64,000 nucleotides of DNA. Origin: Candidatus Saccharimonadia bacterium. Its GTDB lineage: Bacteria; Patescibacteriota; SICC01. The notes beneath the pieces were generated by a model that had not been told where the DNA came from, ran no database searches, and saw only the letters and a program-made list of their open reading frames with translations. Each line of letters begins with the position of its first letter. Within the stretch, counting starts at the first letter, position 1. A program made the position numbers and the translations under genes. The stretch lies in NCBI GenBank assembly GCA_025449535.1, contig JANWJF010000001.1:613136-677135 (forward strand), written 5' to 3'. This document shows positions 62,931-64,000 of the stretch, one piece after another.

Positions 62931-64000
62931 ATGGCCAAGGAACCTGCCATCAATCTACCCCCCGCCGTCCGGCGGATCGCCGCCGACCTCGCCCAGGCCG
63001 GCTTCGAGGCGTATGCCGTCGGCGGCGGGGTGCGCGACCGGCTGCTCGGGCGCGAACCGAAGGACTGGGACGTCGCGACTCCGGCGAAACCGGAGGATAT
63101 CCAGAAGGCCTTCCCCCGGGCCGTATATGCGAACCGGTTCGGTACGGTCGGCGTGAAGTCCGGCCAGGAACTCATCGAGGTGACTACCTACCGGGCGGAG
63201 ACGGAGTACCGGGACGCCCGCCATCCGGAAAAAGTCGTCTTCGTGAAACGACTGGAGGACGACCTGGCCCGCCGGGACTTCACCGTCAACGCGATGGCGA
63301 CGGACGGGGAACGGTTCGAGGATCCGTTCGGCGGCCGGGCCGACCTCAAGGCCAAGCGCATCCGCGCGGTCGGCGACCCCGACGAGCGCTTCCAGGAAGA
63401 CGCGCTGCGTCTGATTCGGGCCGTCCGGTTCGCGGTGGAGCTGGACTTCGTGATCGAGGCGGATACCCTCGCCGCGGTCGCCAAGCATGCGGACCGGCTG
63501 AACCTGATCTCCGCCGAGCGTGTCCGGGACGAGTTCATGCGGATCATCGCCTCCGACCGTCCGGGCGAGGGGATCCGACTGCTGATCCAGACCGGCCTGC
63601 TCGAGCAGTTCCTACCCGAGTTACTGGAAGGCAAGGACTTCGCCCAGGCCAAGCACCACACCCACTCCGTCCTCGAGCACAACGTCCGGTCGCTGGACCA
63701 CGTACCCAGCCGGGACCCGCTTGTCCGGCTGGCCGCCTTGCTCCACGACGTGGGCAAGCCTCGTTCCGCGCGCGGCGAAGGCGAGCAACGGACCTTTCAT
63801 GGCCACGAGGTGATCGGGGCGAAGATGACGAAGGAGATCATGCGACGGTTCCGATTCTCGAATGACGACACCAAGCGGGTGGTGAACCTGGTGCGCCAGC
63901 ACATGTTCCTGTTCCAGTTCGAGTCCACCGACAAGGCGATCCGGCGGATCGTGAAGCGGGTGGGACCGGAGAACGTCGACGACCTGATCGCGCTCCGGGT
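62931..64000 (+). CDS. cca: CCA tRNA nucleotidyltransferase with HD domain (partial, runs off window end)
   Basis: MAKEPAINLP...YAVGG.VRD.LLG..PKDWDVAT, FGTV, EVTTYR, DL.RRDFTVNA, EDALR..RAVRF, LLHDVGKP; absent from the ORF track because it has no stop in the window. Confidence 0.95.
   Translation, partial: MAKEPAINLPPAVRRIAADLAQAGFEAYAVGGGVRDRLLGREPKDWDVATPAKPEDIQKAFPRAVYANRFGTVGVKSGQELIEVTTYRAETEYRDARHPEKVVFVKRLEDDLARRDFTVNAMATDGERFEDPFGGRADLKAKRIRAVGDPDERFQEDALRLIRAVRFAVELDFVIEADTLAAVAKHADRLNLISAERVRDEFMRIIASDRPGEGIRLLIQTGLLEQFLPELLEGKDFAQAKHHTHSVLEHNVRSLDHVPSRDPLVRLAALLHDVGKPRSARGEGEQRTFHGHEVIGAKMTKEIMRRFRFSNDDTKRVVNLVRQHMFLFQFESTDKAIRRIVKRVGPENVDDLIALR

Noticed and set aside
62786-63865. 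359-aa plus-strand ORF from the track
   Set aside because: Wrong frame; the real gene is the CCA-adding enzyme from 62931, open to the window end.
1-64000. Alternative genetic code (TGA recoding as in Gracilibacteria/Absconditabacteria)
   Set aside because: Conserved genes end at TGA at the expected lengths and have no internal TGA.

Overview
A gene-dense, GC-rich (~60-65%) bacterial chromosomal segment using the standard genetic code. The gene complement points to a high-GC Patescibacteria/CPR genome (inference): short AlaRS and MetRS, bifunctional PGI/PMI, tandem gpmI, an FtsA-like/baseplate-J-like/RuvX/MltG cluster, Trm11-like methylase, FtsEX plus CHAP hydrolases, and few biosynthetic genes. 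It holds about 60 CDSs and three tRNAs (Lys-CTT, Gln-CTG, Glu-TTC). Functions include translation and RNA modification (rplI, rpmA, metG, alaS, mnmA, rsmA, rsmI, tsaC, cca, obgE), pyrG, glyA, folP, pcrA, phosphoketolase-acetate kinase, lower glycolysis and many envelope proteins. I found no CRISPR array, transposase, integrase or prophage. The most notable signals are: (1) a mutagenesis-like cassette of a small ImuB-C-like protein plus a Y-family polymerase, with a perfect palindromic operator over its promoter and a divergent winged-HTH gene; (2) four MFS paralogues with His-rich N-termini; (3) pervasive apparently leaderless promoters (TAnnnT 6-8 nt before the start codon); (4) an orphan FtsA-like ATPase with a bitopic baseplate-J-like protein and MltG; (5) a degenerate/intact gpmI pair; (6) an AT-rich mosaic patch inside alaS and scarless low-GC single-gene inserts; (7) lipid-remodelling enzymes; (8) palindromic REP/MITE-like elements and an unannotated 48-aa ORF. 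All family calls come from recognising motifs by eye; no database searches were run.
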